60,505 nt of DNA. Source: a bacterium. GTDB lineage: Bacteria > Patescibacteriota > Minisyncoccia > UBA6257 > JAUSGH01. The translations under genes and the position numbers were made by a program. The notes under the pieces were generated by a model. The model made no database searches. It had not been told where the DNA came from and worked only from the letters and a program-made list of their open reading frames with translations. How positions within the stretch are numbered: the stretch's first letter is position 1; every line of letters begins with the position of its first letter. Positions 44,539-52,373 of this stretch are shown one piece after another. The DNA lies in contig JAUSGH010000013.1 of NCBI GenBank assembly GCA_030649055.1, positions 1-60,505 of the forward strand, given 5' to 3'.

Positions 44539-44641
44539 AACTCGCACTCCTTTGCAATTTTGATGCCACGCTAAACTGCCTCAACTATCGCACAGAAACA
44601 ACAAAAAATCAACGCGCCAACAGCGGCAGAATGCCGTCGCG

Positions 44642-44881
44642 CTATTCTTCTCCGGTCAACACGTCAAGCGCCGACGCCGTGTAATCCGCGGAGTTACTTT
44701 TCTCATCAGAGCCGAGCAACGCCGCTTCATCCTGTAATCCGGAGCCCAAGTCAATCTCGTCAAGTTCCGCGTACGGTTGAACGTCTTCGGCAAGATAATG
44801 CGCCGGCACGTATGTGTATAAAAAACTCGCCCCCAGAAGAAGCAACGCGGTCATAAATGTGATGCGCTGACGCCGTTCCAT
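44642..44881 (-). CDS. Hypothetical small membrane protein with an acidic tail
   Basis: 79 aa from MERRQRITFMTALLLLGASFLY. Lies 28 nt downstream of the dinB stop. Confidence 0.4.
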   Translation of the reverse strand: MERRQRITFMTALLLLGASFLYTYVPAHYLAEDVQPYAELDEIDLGSGLQDEAALLGSDEKSNSADYTASALDVLTGEE

Positions 44882-44909
44882 GTCTTCATCATAGCGCCAA
44901 TATTTTTTT

Positions 44910-46016
44910 TCACAAACTATTTCTGTGGAAAAGGTCTTGCGGTGAAACAACCAGATGCTCCACGCGCACGCCTAAAAGCCGAATTAGTTTTTTCTTCGGG
45001 TTCTCACGCGCGTCCAAAAACGGCAAAAATAATCGCACCGCTTCAAGTTCCAGCGTCTTTGCGTTAGATGCATACCGCTTCATAGTATATGCACGGCTGA
45101 CAGTCTTAAAATCCCCGAATCGCACCGTGATTGAAACCGTTTTCCATTGAAATCCCTCGCGCGTCGCGCGCGTCGCGACCGCAAGACACATCGCCCTCAA
45201 CCGGCCGAGCAATAACGTCGCGTCGCGCGTATCAACCTCAAATGTTTCCTGTTCGCCGATGGATTTTGTTTCATATCCCTCTACCACCGGACTATCATCG
45301 CGGCCGTTTGCTTTTTCATTCATCTCACTCCCCCACTTACCGAACCAGTCCGTCAGTTTCTCCGCGCCGACACCGCGGAGTTCAGCGATGGTTCGGATGC
45401 CACGTTGCTCCAACATTGCCGCGCTCTTCGGCCCGATACCCGGGATTTCTTTTGCGGGCAATGGGTCTAAAAACTTTTGCGCCTCTACTTCTGTTATGAC
45501 CGTAAGGCCGTTGGGCTTATGGCTTCCCGCCGCGATTTTTGAGATAAGTTTATTCGGCGCGATACCGACGGAACACGTCAGCTTTTCTTTCGCGGCAATT
45601 TCTTTTTTTATTTTTCCCGCGATAGTTTTTGCCTTCGCGTAACTTCCGGCGCTTGAAACGTCGGCATACGCTTCATCTATGCTCGCGGGCTCCAGCTTAT
45701 CTACGTAGCGGCGCATGATATCCATAATCCGCGCGGATGTTTCGCTGTATTTATGATATGTACCCGCCAAAAAAACCGCCGGCGACTTACCTTCGCTCCT
45801 TGCCTGTTCGGAAAGTCGCCACGCCGTGGAAATCGGCAACGCGGAATGAATGCCGTATTTGCGCGCCGCGTAGTTTGCGGTTGAAACAACACCGCGTCCG
45901 CCTCCATCTTTCGGATCCGCGCCAACGACGATGGGTTTCCCTTTGAGCCACGGCTTATCGCGTTCTTCCACCGACGCGAAAAACGCGTCCATATCAAGGT
46001 GTAAAATAATTCTCAT
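44910..46016 (-). CDS. dinB: DNA polymerase IV (Y-family)
   Basis: Start MRIILHLDMDAFFASVE (46016), SIDEAY motif, HhH GIGPKSA. Confidence 0.92.
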   Translation of the reverse strand: MRIILHLDMDAFFASVEERDKPWLKGKPIVVGADPKDGGGRGVVSTANYAARKYGIHSALPISTAWRLSEQARSEGKSPAVFLAGTYHKYSETSARIMDIMRRYVDKLEPASIDEAYADVSSAGSYAKAKTIAGKIKKEIAAKEKLTCSVGIAPNKLISKIAAGSHKPNGLTVITEVEAQKFLDPLPAKEIPGIGPKSAAMLEQRGIRTIAELRGVGAEKLTDWFGKWGSEMNEKANGRDDSPVVEGYETKSIGEQETFEVDTRDATLLLGRLRAMCLAVATRATREGFQWKTVSITVRFGDFKTVSRAYTMKRYASNAKTLELEAVRLFLPFLDARENPKKKLIRLLGVRVEHLVVSPQDLFHRNSL

Positions 46017-46022
46017 GCTCAT

Positions 46023-46099
46023 GTCATGCTGAGCATAGCGAAGCATCTCTCATCAGGCAACAAGAGATTCTTCGCCAGCCGCTGCGGTCTCAGAATGAC
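46023..46099. repeat. Inverted pair of GTCATNCTGAG..CGAAGNATCTC elements (long hairpin between the HAD gene and dinB)
   Basis: gtcatgctgagcatagcgaagcatctc ... gagattcttcgccagccgctgcggtctcagaatgac. Confidence 0.85.
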
Positions 46100-46692
46100 A
46101 ATCCTAAAAACTTCTTCAGCACCTCCCGCGTGGCGGCAATACCCTCGAAAAAGAACGCGTTGATGCCCAAACTCTTCGCGACCGCGATGTTTTCTTTACC
46201 GTCATCAAAAAAGAGAACTTCTGAAGGTTGCAGGTTGAAATCCGCAAGAACCTTTTGATACGCGCGCGCATCGGACTTCACGAACCCCGTTTGCCATGAG
46301 TAATAGACGGCATCAGTCAATGACCGTAAAAACGGGAATTGATGATCGTAGTAATCCGTGCGTTCCTTAAAGTTATTGGAAAGTATGACAACTTTCGCGC
46401 CGTGTTCGCGCACCGCCTCGACAAGCCCCACAATTTCCGGCACCGCCTCCTCGGGGTCAAACCAAAAATTCCAAAACAATTTCGGCGGAAGTACCGTGCC
46501 CCATGCCTTGAGGTGCGGCTCAAAATACGCGTACCCGTCGCCCGCGCCCGGCAACCGCATCTTCCCAAGCGACTCCTCAAGCACCGGCAAAAATTGTGCC
46601 TCCGGTACGCCCAAATAATCCCGAAACCGCTCTGAAAGTTTCTGACTCGTGACGAAGACCCCGTTTAAGTCAAGGATGACTGCTTTAATCAT
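46090..46692 (-). CDS. HAD-superfamily hydrolase-like protein
   Basis: 200 aa. Motif I reads VILDLNGV (DxN rather than DxD). Motif IV FFDDG. Confidence 0.7.
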   Translation of the reverse strand: MIKAVILDLNGVFVTSQKLSERFRDYLGVPEAQFLPVLEESLGKMRLPGAGDGYAYFEPHLKAWGTVLPPKLFWNFWFDPEEAVPEIVGLVEAVREHGAKVVILSNNFKERTDYYDHQFPFLRSLTDAVYYSWQTGFVKSDARAYQKVLADFNLQPSEVLFFDDGKENIAVAKSLGINAFFFEGIAATREVLKKFLGLSF

Positions 46693-46740
46693 GTATAGTA
46701 TTCACGAATATCGCGAATCGCAAATAGAAATAACGCGAAT
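46693..46740 (-). promoter_or_regulatory. ATTCGCG...GAATACTA motif abutting the HAD gene start
   Basis: Gene orientation: attcgcgttatttctatttgcgattcgcgatattcgtgaatactatacATG. Confidence 0.45.
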
Positions 46741-46743
46741 GGG

Positions 46744-47415
46744 CTAAGTCACCTTCTCTCGCGCTTCCACGTACGGGCAATAGTCGCATTCCGCTCCGGC
46801 TGGGGGCATACCTCCATCATACAACTTCCGCGCGTTTAAAATCGCGCCCTCCACCCACGAGCTATCCCCTTTCATCGGTTCCAGGTATACATCAAACGAC
46901 ATTTTTGTATCGGCAAAACCTTTTTCTTTATTCACTTTGCAAAAAAGAAAATAGCCGGTGTCAGAAACTTTCTCGCCGCGCGTCCGCAAAAGCCACTGAT
47001 AAATCTCCATTTGGCGGCGATAACTGTCATAAATAGAATGCTCTTTTGCACCAGTGGCCTTGTAGTCCACCACCATCAACTCTTTCTTGGAATTAATCCA
47101 GATGTCGTCCACCGCGCCGTAGACCAAAAAATCCGTGGCTTTGTGCTCCACCTGCACGCCGGTAAAATTGTGTCGCCATGTGTTAATCTCCGGACAATTG
47201 TACGGAATCGCGTCAATGTTATTTTCTTTGATGATGCGGTGCGCGGTGCCCGCCTCGCGGTGTTCATCAAACTCGCGCTTCAGCATCGTGTCAACGGCGA
47301 GATTTAACGTAAACGGAAATCCCGGCGGGCGTTTCACGCCTTTTGTCATATCCAGCCAAAAACAGCGCGGACACTCTAGGGATAATTCTATCTTTGATCT
47401 AGATAATTTAGTCAT
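46744..47415 (-). CDS. PD-(D/E)XK nuclease, Cas4/RecB-like, with four Cys
   Basis: Start MTKLSRSK. N-terminal CPRC, VDYK core (D..(D/E)xK), C-terminal CDYC. Confidence 0.65.
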   Translation of the reverse strand: MTKLSRSKIELSLECPRCFWLDMTKGVKRPPGFPFTLNLAVDTMLKREFDEHREAGTAHRIIKENNIDAIPYNCPEINTWRHNFTGVQVEHKATDFLVYGAVDDIWINSKKELMVVDYKATGAKEHSIYDSYRRQMEIYQWLLRTRGEKVSDTGYFLFCKVNKEKGFADTKMSFDVYLEPMKGDSSWVEGAILNARKLYDGGMPPAGAECDYCPYVEAREKVT

Positions 47416-47451
47416 GAAGTTATGTGATATTTTGCGAGGAATAGCTGCCTC

Positions 47452-47597
47452 CAATTTCTAATTTCAAATATCTAATATCTAATATCTAATTATTGTATTC
47501 CTTCGACTCCGCTTCGCTTCGCTCAGGAAATAAAATATTTTTTACTCGCTGAGCTCGTCGAAGCGATACCTTAATTAGAAATTGGAAATTAGACATT
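47452..47597. repeat. Composite intergenic repeat, copy 3 (AATT arrays flanking a CTTCGAC..CTCAGG hairpin)
   Basis: ccaatttctaatttcaaatatctaatatctaatatctaattattgtattccttcgactccgcttcgcttcgctcaggaaa...ctgagctcgtcgaagcgataccttaattagaaattggaaattag. Confidence 0.8.
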
Positions 47598-48371
47598 TCG
47601 CGGTTCTGCCTTAAGCGCGAGGAAAAGTGGGATTTCTTTCCGGGCGCGGTCTTCGGCTTTTGCGCGAGGCCCACGTTCACTCACTTTATGCGAAATCCAT
47701 TCCTGGCAATCGGTCACCGCGAAGCCGGCGTTACGCAATGCCTTCACGTATGACTGCAGCGGACGGTGGAATGACCATGTGACTTCTTTTGTACGCTCGC
47801 CCGGGTGCATTTCAATCGGCACTTTCAACTCTGTCATGTACGCGTTCATTCGGCGGTACTGCAATTTTTGCGCCTCATCCCATCCCCAAGCGGAAAGCTT
47901 CGGGATGCGAAACGTGGGATGATTGAGCACGATAACAAGCCGACCCTTAGGCGCCAACACGCGGCGGGCTTCTTTCAGCACTGCGTCCATGCGCTCCATG
48001 TTCTGCAACGCAAGAATCATCACCGCCGCGTCAAACGCGCCGACGTTTAAGAAACTCAAATTTGCCGCGTCGGCAACTTTATAGAGCGCTTCCGGAGGAG
48101 ATTTCTTTTTCGCGATGGCAATAAGCTCGGGCGAGGCATCAACACCCAGCACGTTCGCGCCTAATCTATGAAATTCGCGCGCAAAAAATCCTTCGCCACA
48201 GCCGATATCCAAAATGTCTTCACCTTTATGCAAATCTAACAGCGTCAACACACCGGGAAGAATGACTTCCTTTTGGTAACTACCAGACTCTTCAACCACT
48301 TTAGAGTACCACTTGCCGTGGCGTTCCCAGGAGGTTTTTGCGGCGGGTTTTCCTATCTGTTTACGAAACAT
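47589..48371 (-). CDS. Class I SAM-dependent methyltransferase
   Basis: 260 aa. Motif I ILDIGCGEGFFA. Confidence 0.8.
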   Translation of the reverse strand: MFRKQIGKPAAKTSWERHGKWYSKVVEESGSYQKEVILPGVLTLLDLHKGEDILDIGCGEGFFAREFHRLGANVLGVDASPELIAIAKKKSPPEALYKVADAANLSFLNVGAFDAAVMILALQNMERMDAVLKEARRVLAPKGRLVIVLNHPTFRIPKLSAWGWDEAQKLQYRRMNAYMTELKVPIEMHPGERTKEVTWSFHRPLQSYVKALRNAGFAVTDCQEWISHKVSERGPRAKAEDRARKEIPLFLALKAEPRNV

Positions 48372-48530
48372 ACTTCTACAATACCGAAATACACCCCAAA
48401 ACGCAAAACAGTCTCCGGAGGCGACCGTTTTGGTTTTAAAGGCAAAACGTCGCGGATGCCCGAAGGCAACCGCGACGTTCTTCTTTTTACCCGCGCGACG
48501 CGCGGATTACTTCATCTTTCAGCTTCATCC

Positions 48531-48809
48531 TCAGCTGGCGCTTGCCGCCTGCGCATCCTCCTTCTTTGCCCACTTTCCGACAAGCATAGCGACAACCGTC
48601 GCAAAGATCGCGTACCCGACAAGCACTGCAGGCGTCGCCTCAGCACTGAGGAACAGGGCAAAGATGGCTTTCATCGCCTCGTTCCACCCCAGCGCCGCCA
48701 CAACGCCAATCGCCGCCGCAATAGCAAGCGCCGTGCTATTACTTACCTTACGCACTTCTCCGCCCAGACGCTTCACGCCATCCACGAGATCGTCCTTCTT
48801 TTCATTCAC
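48531..48809 (-). CDS. Hypothetical small membrane protein (GC-rich cassette gene)
   Basis: 92 aa. GTG start preceded by aaggag. Two TM helices. Confidence 0.5.
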   Translation of the reverse strand: MNEKKDDLVDGVKRLGGEVRKVSNSTALAIAAAIGVVAALGWNEAMKAIFALFLSAEATPAVLVGYAIFATVVAMLVGKWAKKEDAQAASAS

Positions 48810-48886
48810 AATAAACTCCTTTCAATAGCATCGCCCCACACACGACCGAAGTCATGAGGGGGCGATGAAGATGTGCGGGCACATAG

Positions 48887-49198
48887 TTACTTGCCCGCGG
48901 GAACGGACTCGGCCGGCGCCGGAGCCGTTGCGGAGGAAACCGCCTCCAGGAGCTTCGTGAGTTCGGGCTTCGTGCGGCAGAGCAGCCACGCACCCGCACT
49001 CAAGGTCCCGACGAGCGCGAGCACAAGCATGGCACTCGTGAGCATCGTGTCCCACGTGCCCACCGACGCCTTGAAGACCTTCACGCCCTTCGCGATGAGG
49101 AAGCCGAGAAGCACCGCCACGAGGACCAGAACGACTGCGACGGCCCACTCGCCCGTACCCAGCGTTACGGCGGCGAGGAAAACCATGGTGCTATTCAT
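48887..49198 (-). CDS. Hypothetical small membrane protein (GC-rich cassette gene)
   Basis: 103 aa. SD aggagg lies 7 nt before the ATG. Three TM helices. Confidence 0.55.
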   Translation of the reverse strand: MNSTMVFLAAVTLGTGEWAVAVVLVLVAVLLGFLIAKGVKVFKASVGTWDTMLTSAMLVLALVGTLSAGAWLLCRTKPELTKLLEAVSSATAPAPAESVPAGK

Positions 49199-49308
49199 TG
49201 AAGTACCTCCTTCTGAATAGCGGTTACGACTTGCAAAACATCAGACCACCTGCGCTTTGCGAACTTTCTTTAATATAACAGACCTACAGTCCGAGGATAG
49301 TGGGGGTG

Positions 49309-50028
49309 TTAATAACCCGAAAACTCTTCGGTTTTTATCGCGCCATCATCAACGCCCATCGCTACCAGCATCTGCCACGTTGCAGCGACCATTGCCGGCG
49401 GACCGGCGATGTAAAAACGCGCGGTTGAAAAATCCGGCGCATACTTTGCAACCATTTTTTCATCAATGCGGCCGCGCTCCCCCTTCCATGTCGGATCAAA
49501 TCCCTCCGTCAACGTCGCAATGAGTTTGAAATTTTCATTTTCCCATGCGCGCAGTTCATTTAAAAACGCGGACTCGCCGGCGGTGCGGTTGGAATAAAAA
49601 AGCGCGATGCGATGGGACAACTTTTCATGCGTCGCCCATTCAATCATGCCCCGCATTGGCGCGATGCCGATGCCGCCCGCAATCATGATAATAGGACGGT
49701 CTGATTTTTCCGGAAGCACAAATGAACCGCCGATGCCGGTGAGCCGCACTTCCGCGCCAATGGCAAGATCGCGCAAGTTGCGCTTAAAGGCACTCTTGCC
49801 ATTGCGTATCACGATCATAAATTTCTCTTTATCATGTGGCGAGCTGGCAATAGAAAGCGTGCGCGTCACTCCTCCATCGTCCCGATATTTGGGGTTCATC
49901 AACGTGATGTCTACCCATTGTCCGGCGTGAAATGAAAACTCTGCCGGCACCTCAAACCAAAACACCGTCGTGCCGTCGGCAACTTCTTTGCGTTCCCGTA
50001 AAACGATTTTTGTATCTCCGGCTTCCAT
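49309..50028 (-). CDS. Ferredoxin-NADP reductase-like FAD/NAD(P)-binding oxidoreductase
   Basis: 239 aa. RTLSIASSP (RxYS-type FAD motif) and GGIGIAPM (NAD(P) motif). A TATAAT hexamer lies 6 nt before the ATG; no SD. Confidence 0.8.
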   Translation of the reverse strand: MEAGDTKIVLRERKEVADGTTVFWFEVPAEFSFHAGQWVDITLMNPKYRDDGGVTRTLSIASSPHDKEKFMIVIRNGKSAFKRNLRDLAIGAEVRLTGIGGSFVLPEKSDRPIIMIAGGIGIAPMRGMIEWATHEKLSHRIALFYSNRTAGESAFLNELRAWENENFKLIATLTEGFDPTWKGERGRIDEKMVAKYAPDFSTARFYIAGPPAMVAATWQMLVAMGVDDGAIKTEEFSGY

Positions 50029-50050
50029 ACATTGATTATATCCTCTTTAC

Positions 50051-50492
50051 AAAAAGAAAAGGGCCCGTCATCACAAGGACAACGGGCCGCTTTCATGCTA
50101 GGGTGGCATCTCTGCCGCCTCCTAATTGAGAACCAAAGAATGAGTTGAAAGCGAGGGTAGGTCGGGTGGCAGATCTGCGCTCTGCGGTAAAGCGCGGCGC
50201 GATCAATGCTCTTCCCGGCCTACCCTTGGGCTGGCACTCTATCGTCTAAGAAGTCTGACATTCCTCTCACGAGATCTGATGAATCCCGCAAGAAGTTTGC
50301 CGTTCCGCTTAAACAACAGCGTGTGCGCCCGAAGCTTGGGGAGGCAGACGTGCGCGTTGGCTGCTCTCAGCACATCAGCGATATTGAACCACCATGCTTT
50401 CGCCGGTGGCTACACCACCAAATGTGCCTGGCAATACCCGCCACAATCGCCTGCCTCCCATAAGCACTCGTTTTTCCCTTTCACTCTTACTA
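50051..50492 (-). ncRNA. Orphan ~440-nt transcript unit with no credible ORF (unclassified structured RNA candidate)
   Basis: Consensus promoter at 50499..50527. Intrinsic terminator at 50051..50089 (GGCCCGT...ACGGGCC followed by TTTTCTTTTT). Long-range helices 50338-50347/50451-50460 and 50154-50166/50214-50226. Only short, implausible ORFs on either strand. Confidence 0.5.
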
Positions 50493-50498
50493 ACAGCC

Positions 50499-50527
50499 AG
50501 TATAGCAGAGGCGGGCGAGGTTGTCAA
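50499..50527 (-). promoter_or_regulatory. Consensus sigma70 promoter driving the 50051..50492 transcript
   Basis: Minus strand: TTGACA (50527-50522), 17-nt spacer, TATACT (50504-50499). Confidence 0.65.
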
Positions 50528-50550
50528 TACCCCCCTGAAGTCAACGAGGA

Positions 50551-50581
50551 AAGGCCGTACCACACTTGTGGTACGGCCTTT
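50551..50581. terminator. 13-bp perfect hairpin downstream of the aminotransferase gene
   Basis: aaggccgtaccac-actt-gtggtacggcctt. Confidence 0.6.
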
Positions 50582-50597
50582 GATACGAACGTGTATG

Positions 50598-51887
50598 CTA
50601 CTTCGCCATGCAGCGACGAAGAATCTTGATGCCTTTCGCAAGGTCCTTCGTACTGATGTTCACCGGCACCATACACCGAAGCGCTAGTTCCCCCGCGGAA
50701 ATGATGGACACTCCGAGCTCCGGGTGCTTCCGCGCCCGTTCCGCCACAGCATTGCGCTCTTCTACCGTCCGGAACACGATGCGCCGCATGAGCCCGAGTC
50801 CTTCCGGAGCGAACTCCGCAAGCAGTACGATGCGCCTCGTGAGGTCTTCCCTGTTGAGCGCTTCCAACTGCTCAATGATGTTGAATGCCGCTTCCGTGGC
50901 AAAGGCATTCCCACCAAAGGTATTGGAGTGCTCCCCGGGAATCGGGAAGTCAAACTCCGCCCGCGCAATCGTTGCGCCGATGGGAGCACGCCCTCCCCCC
51001 AACGCCTTGCTGAGGCAGATGATGTCCGGTTCCAGGAAGCCGTCTCCGACCCTGAAGTACTCGCAGGCGAACATCCTGCCGGTCCTCATCATGCCGGTCT
51101 GCACTTCGTCCACCACGAGGTAAACATCGTGCTTCCGGCACTCCGCGACGAGCAGTTGCAGGCAGTCCTCGTCCATAACGCGGATGCCGCCCTCGCCCTG
51201 AATGAGCTCCACAAACATCGCCGTCGCATCCGCGAAGGGCTGCAATTTCAGCATCTCCTTGAATGCGGCGATGCTCTCCGGATTGTTACGCTCGGGGAAC
51301 GGGAGGTGCCGAACAGGAATTGCCCGATCCTCTTTCACCTTCATACCCACCGAGAGGTCGCCGCGGTCCAGGAAGAACGCCTCGGTGTGCTTCTTCTTGC
51401 TGCAGTTGAGCGACAGCGCGAAGCCCGTGCGTCCGTGGAACGCTCCTCCGAACGCGCAGAACACCCGCTTCCCCCGGAGACGCTCTTCCGCTTCGTCGCC
51501 GTACACCGCCATGTACTCATGGTAGCGGCGTGCCAGGCACATCTTCACCGCCGCTTCCACGCTCTCGGCGCCCGAGTTGCCGAAGAACACCTTTTTCGGG
51601 TGCTTGCCGGGCGTGATAGCGCAGAGCTTCTCTGCCAGCTGCACCTCGGCGTTGTTGAACCACTCGTTGCCGGGAATCATGAGGAGCTTCCCGTCGTGCC
51701 CAAGCGGCGTCACACCGATGCCGGAGCAGAAGTCAATGAGCTCCACCTGCTGCCCGCTTTCCGCGAGCACGCCCCAGATGCGCGACCCTTCCCCATAAAG
51801 CGGAACGAGGTCGCTGTCGATCGTCGTGTTCACGACGTGCTTCTTGCCGAGGCGATAGATCTCGGCGGGACTGAGCTGACGCAGCAT
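50598..51887 (-). CDS. Class III pyridoxal-phosphate-dependent aminotransferase (GC-rich cassette gene)
   Basis: Start MLRQLSP (51887) preceded by aaggag. DEVQTGMMRTGRMFACEY and LSKALGGG (PLP lysine). Promoter at 51938..51966. Confidence 0.8.
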   Translation of the reverse strand: MLRQLSPAEIYRLGKKHVVNTTIDSDLVPLYGEGSRIWGVLAESGQQVELIDFCSGIGVTPLGHDGKLLMIPGNEWFNNAEVQLAEKLCAITPGKHPKKVFFGNSGAESVEAAVKMCLARRYHEYMAVYGDEAEERLRGKRVFCAFGGAFHGRTGFALSLNCSKKKHTEAFFLDRGDLSVGMKVKEDRAIPVRHLPFPERNNPESIAAFKEMLKLQPFADATAMFVELIQGEGGIRVMDEDCLQLLVAECRKHDVYLVVDEVQTGMMRTGRMFACEYFRVGDGFLEPDIICLSKALGGGRAPIGATIARAEFDFPIPGEHSNTFGGNAFATEAAFNIIEQLEALNREDLTRRIVLLAEFAPEGLGLMRRIVFRTVEERNAVAERARKHPELGVSIISAGELALRCMVPVNISTKDLAKGIKILRRCMAK

Positions 51888-51937
51888 TGCGCGTCTCCTT
51901 AATGGCGCCGCCACAATTAGCGGCGTGAACTGCCTAT

Positions 51938-51966
51938 ATCATATAAAAATAACGGCTAAAATGCAA
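51938..51966 (-). promoter_or_regulatory. sigma70 promoter for the aminotransferase gene
   Basis: Minus strand: TTGCAT (51966-51961), 17-nt spacer, TATGAT (51943-51938). Confidence 0.6.
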
Positions 51967-52034
51967 CAGTATATACAAATTCGCGCGGTAGAGATATGTT
52001 TATGATAGAATGGTTTCCTGTTGGAGGATAACTC

Positions 52035-52265
52035 ATGAACGACGCAATCGAGGAGCCGACACTGCTTTGTCCGCCGGAACAGTGCGGAAATTGCGGCACT
52101 CCAGCTGATCTTAGCAGCAGCACGCATACGAACGTAGAAAACTGGCGCTGCCCTGGGTGCATGAAGAAATGTTGCAACGCCTGCTTCAAGCCCAACTACG
52201 ACGGCGACGGCAGTACATTCTTCTGCCCCAACCCGAGCTGCAAGAAGCTGCTCAAGTTCCCGTAG
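52035..52265 (+). CDS. Cys-rich zinc-ribbon-like small protein (GC-rich cassette gene)
   Basis: 76 aa. SD ggagga. CPPEQCGNC, CPGC, CCNAC, CPNPSC. An extended -10 (TGATAGAAT) lies upstream. Confidence 0.55.
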   Translation: MNDAIEEPTLLCPPEQCGNCGTPADLSSSTHTNVENWRCPGCMKKCCNACFKPNYDGDGSTFFCPNPSCKKLLKFP

Positions 52266-52272
52266 ACCGCAA

Positions 52273-52309
52273 CGACCCAGTCGCCTTAGGCGACTGGGTC
52301 GCAGCATTT
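52273..52309 (+). terminator. Terminator hairpin (apex GTCGCC-TTAG-GCGAC)
   Basis: cgacccagtcgcc-ttag-gcgactgggtcg followed by cagcatttt. Confidence 0.65.
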
Positions 52310-52323
52310 TAACATAAGGTTGT

Positions 52324-52373
52324 CCTTCAACAAGTTCAGGAACTCAAATCATAGTCCCTGAGTCTATCGAAGG
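52324..52373. repeat. CCTTCAACAAGTTCAGG / CCCTGAGTCTATCGAAGG inverted pair downstream of fusA
   Basis: Same family as the elements embedded in trmD and rnhB. Confidence 0.75.

Noticed and set aside
50051-50492. Attempted assignment of the orphan transcript to RNase P RNA, tmRNA, SRP RNA, a T-box leader, or a cobalamin, TPP or FMN riboswitch
   Set aside because: By eye:
- No GAGGAAAGUCCGGGC/ACAGAACCCGGCUUA P4 pair in the right positions.
- No tRNA-like T-arm or acceptor, and no tag ORF.
- No GGAA-tetraloop SRP domain IV.
- An AGGGTGGCATC T-box-like string exists only on the opposite strand, with no downstream gene.
- Riboswitch core motifs are absent or in the wrong order.

I left it unclassified rather than naming a family. 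A covariance-model search is required.
50724-51902. 392-aa plus-strand ORF
   Set aside because: Antisense to the aminotransferase gene, which has unmistakable class III PLP motifs. The translation is Arg/His/Leu-rich junk.
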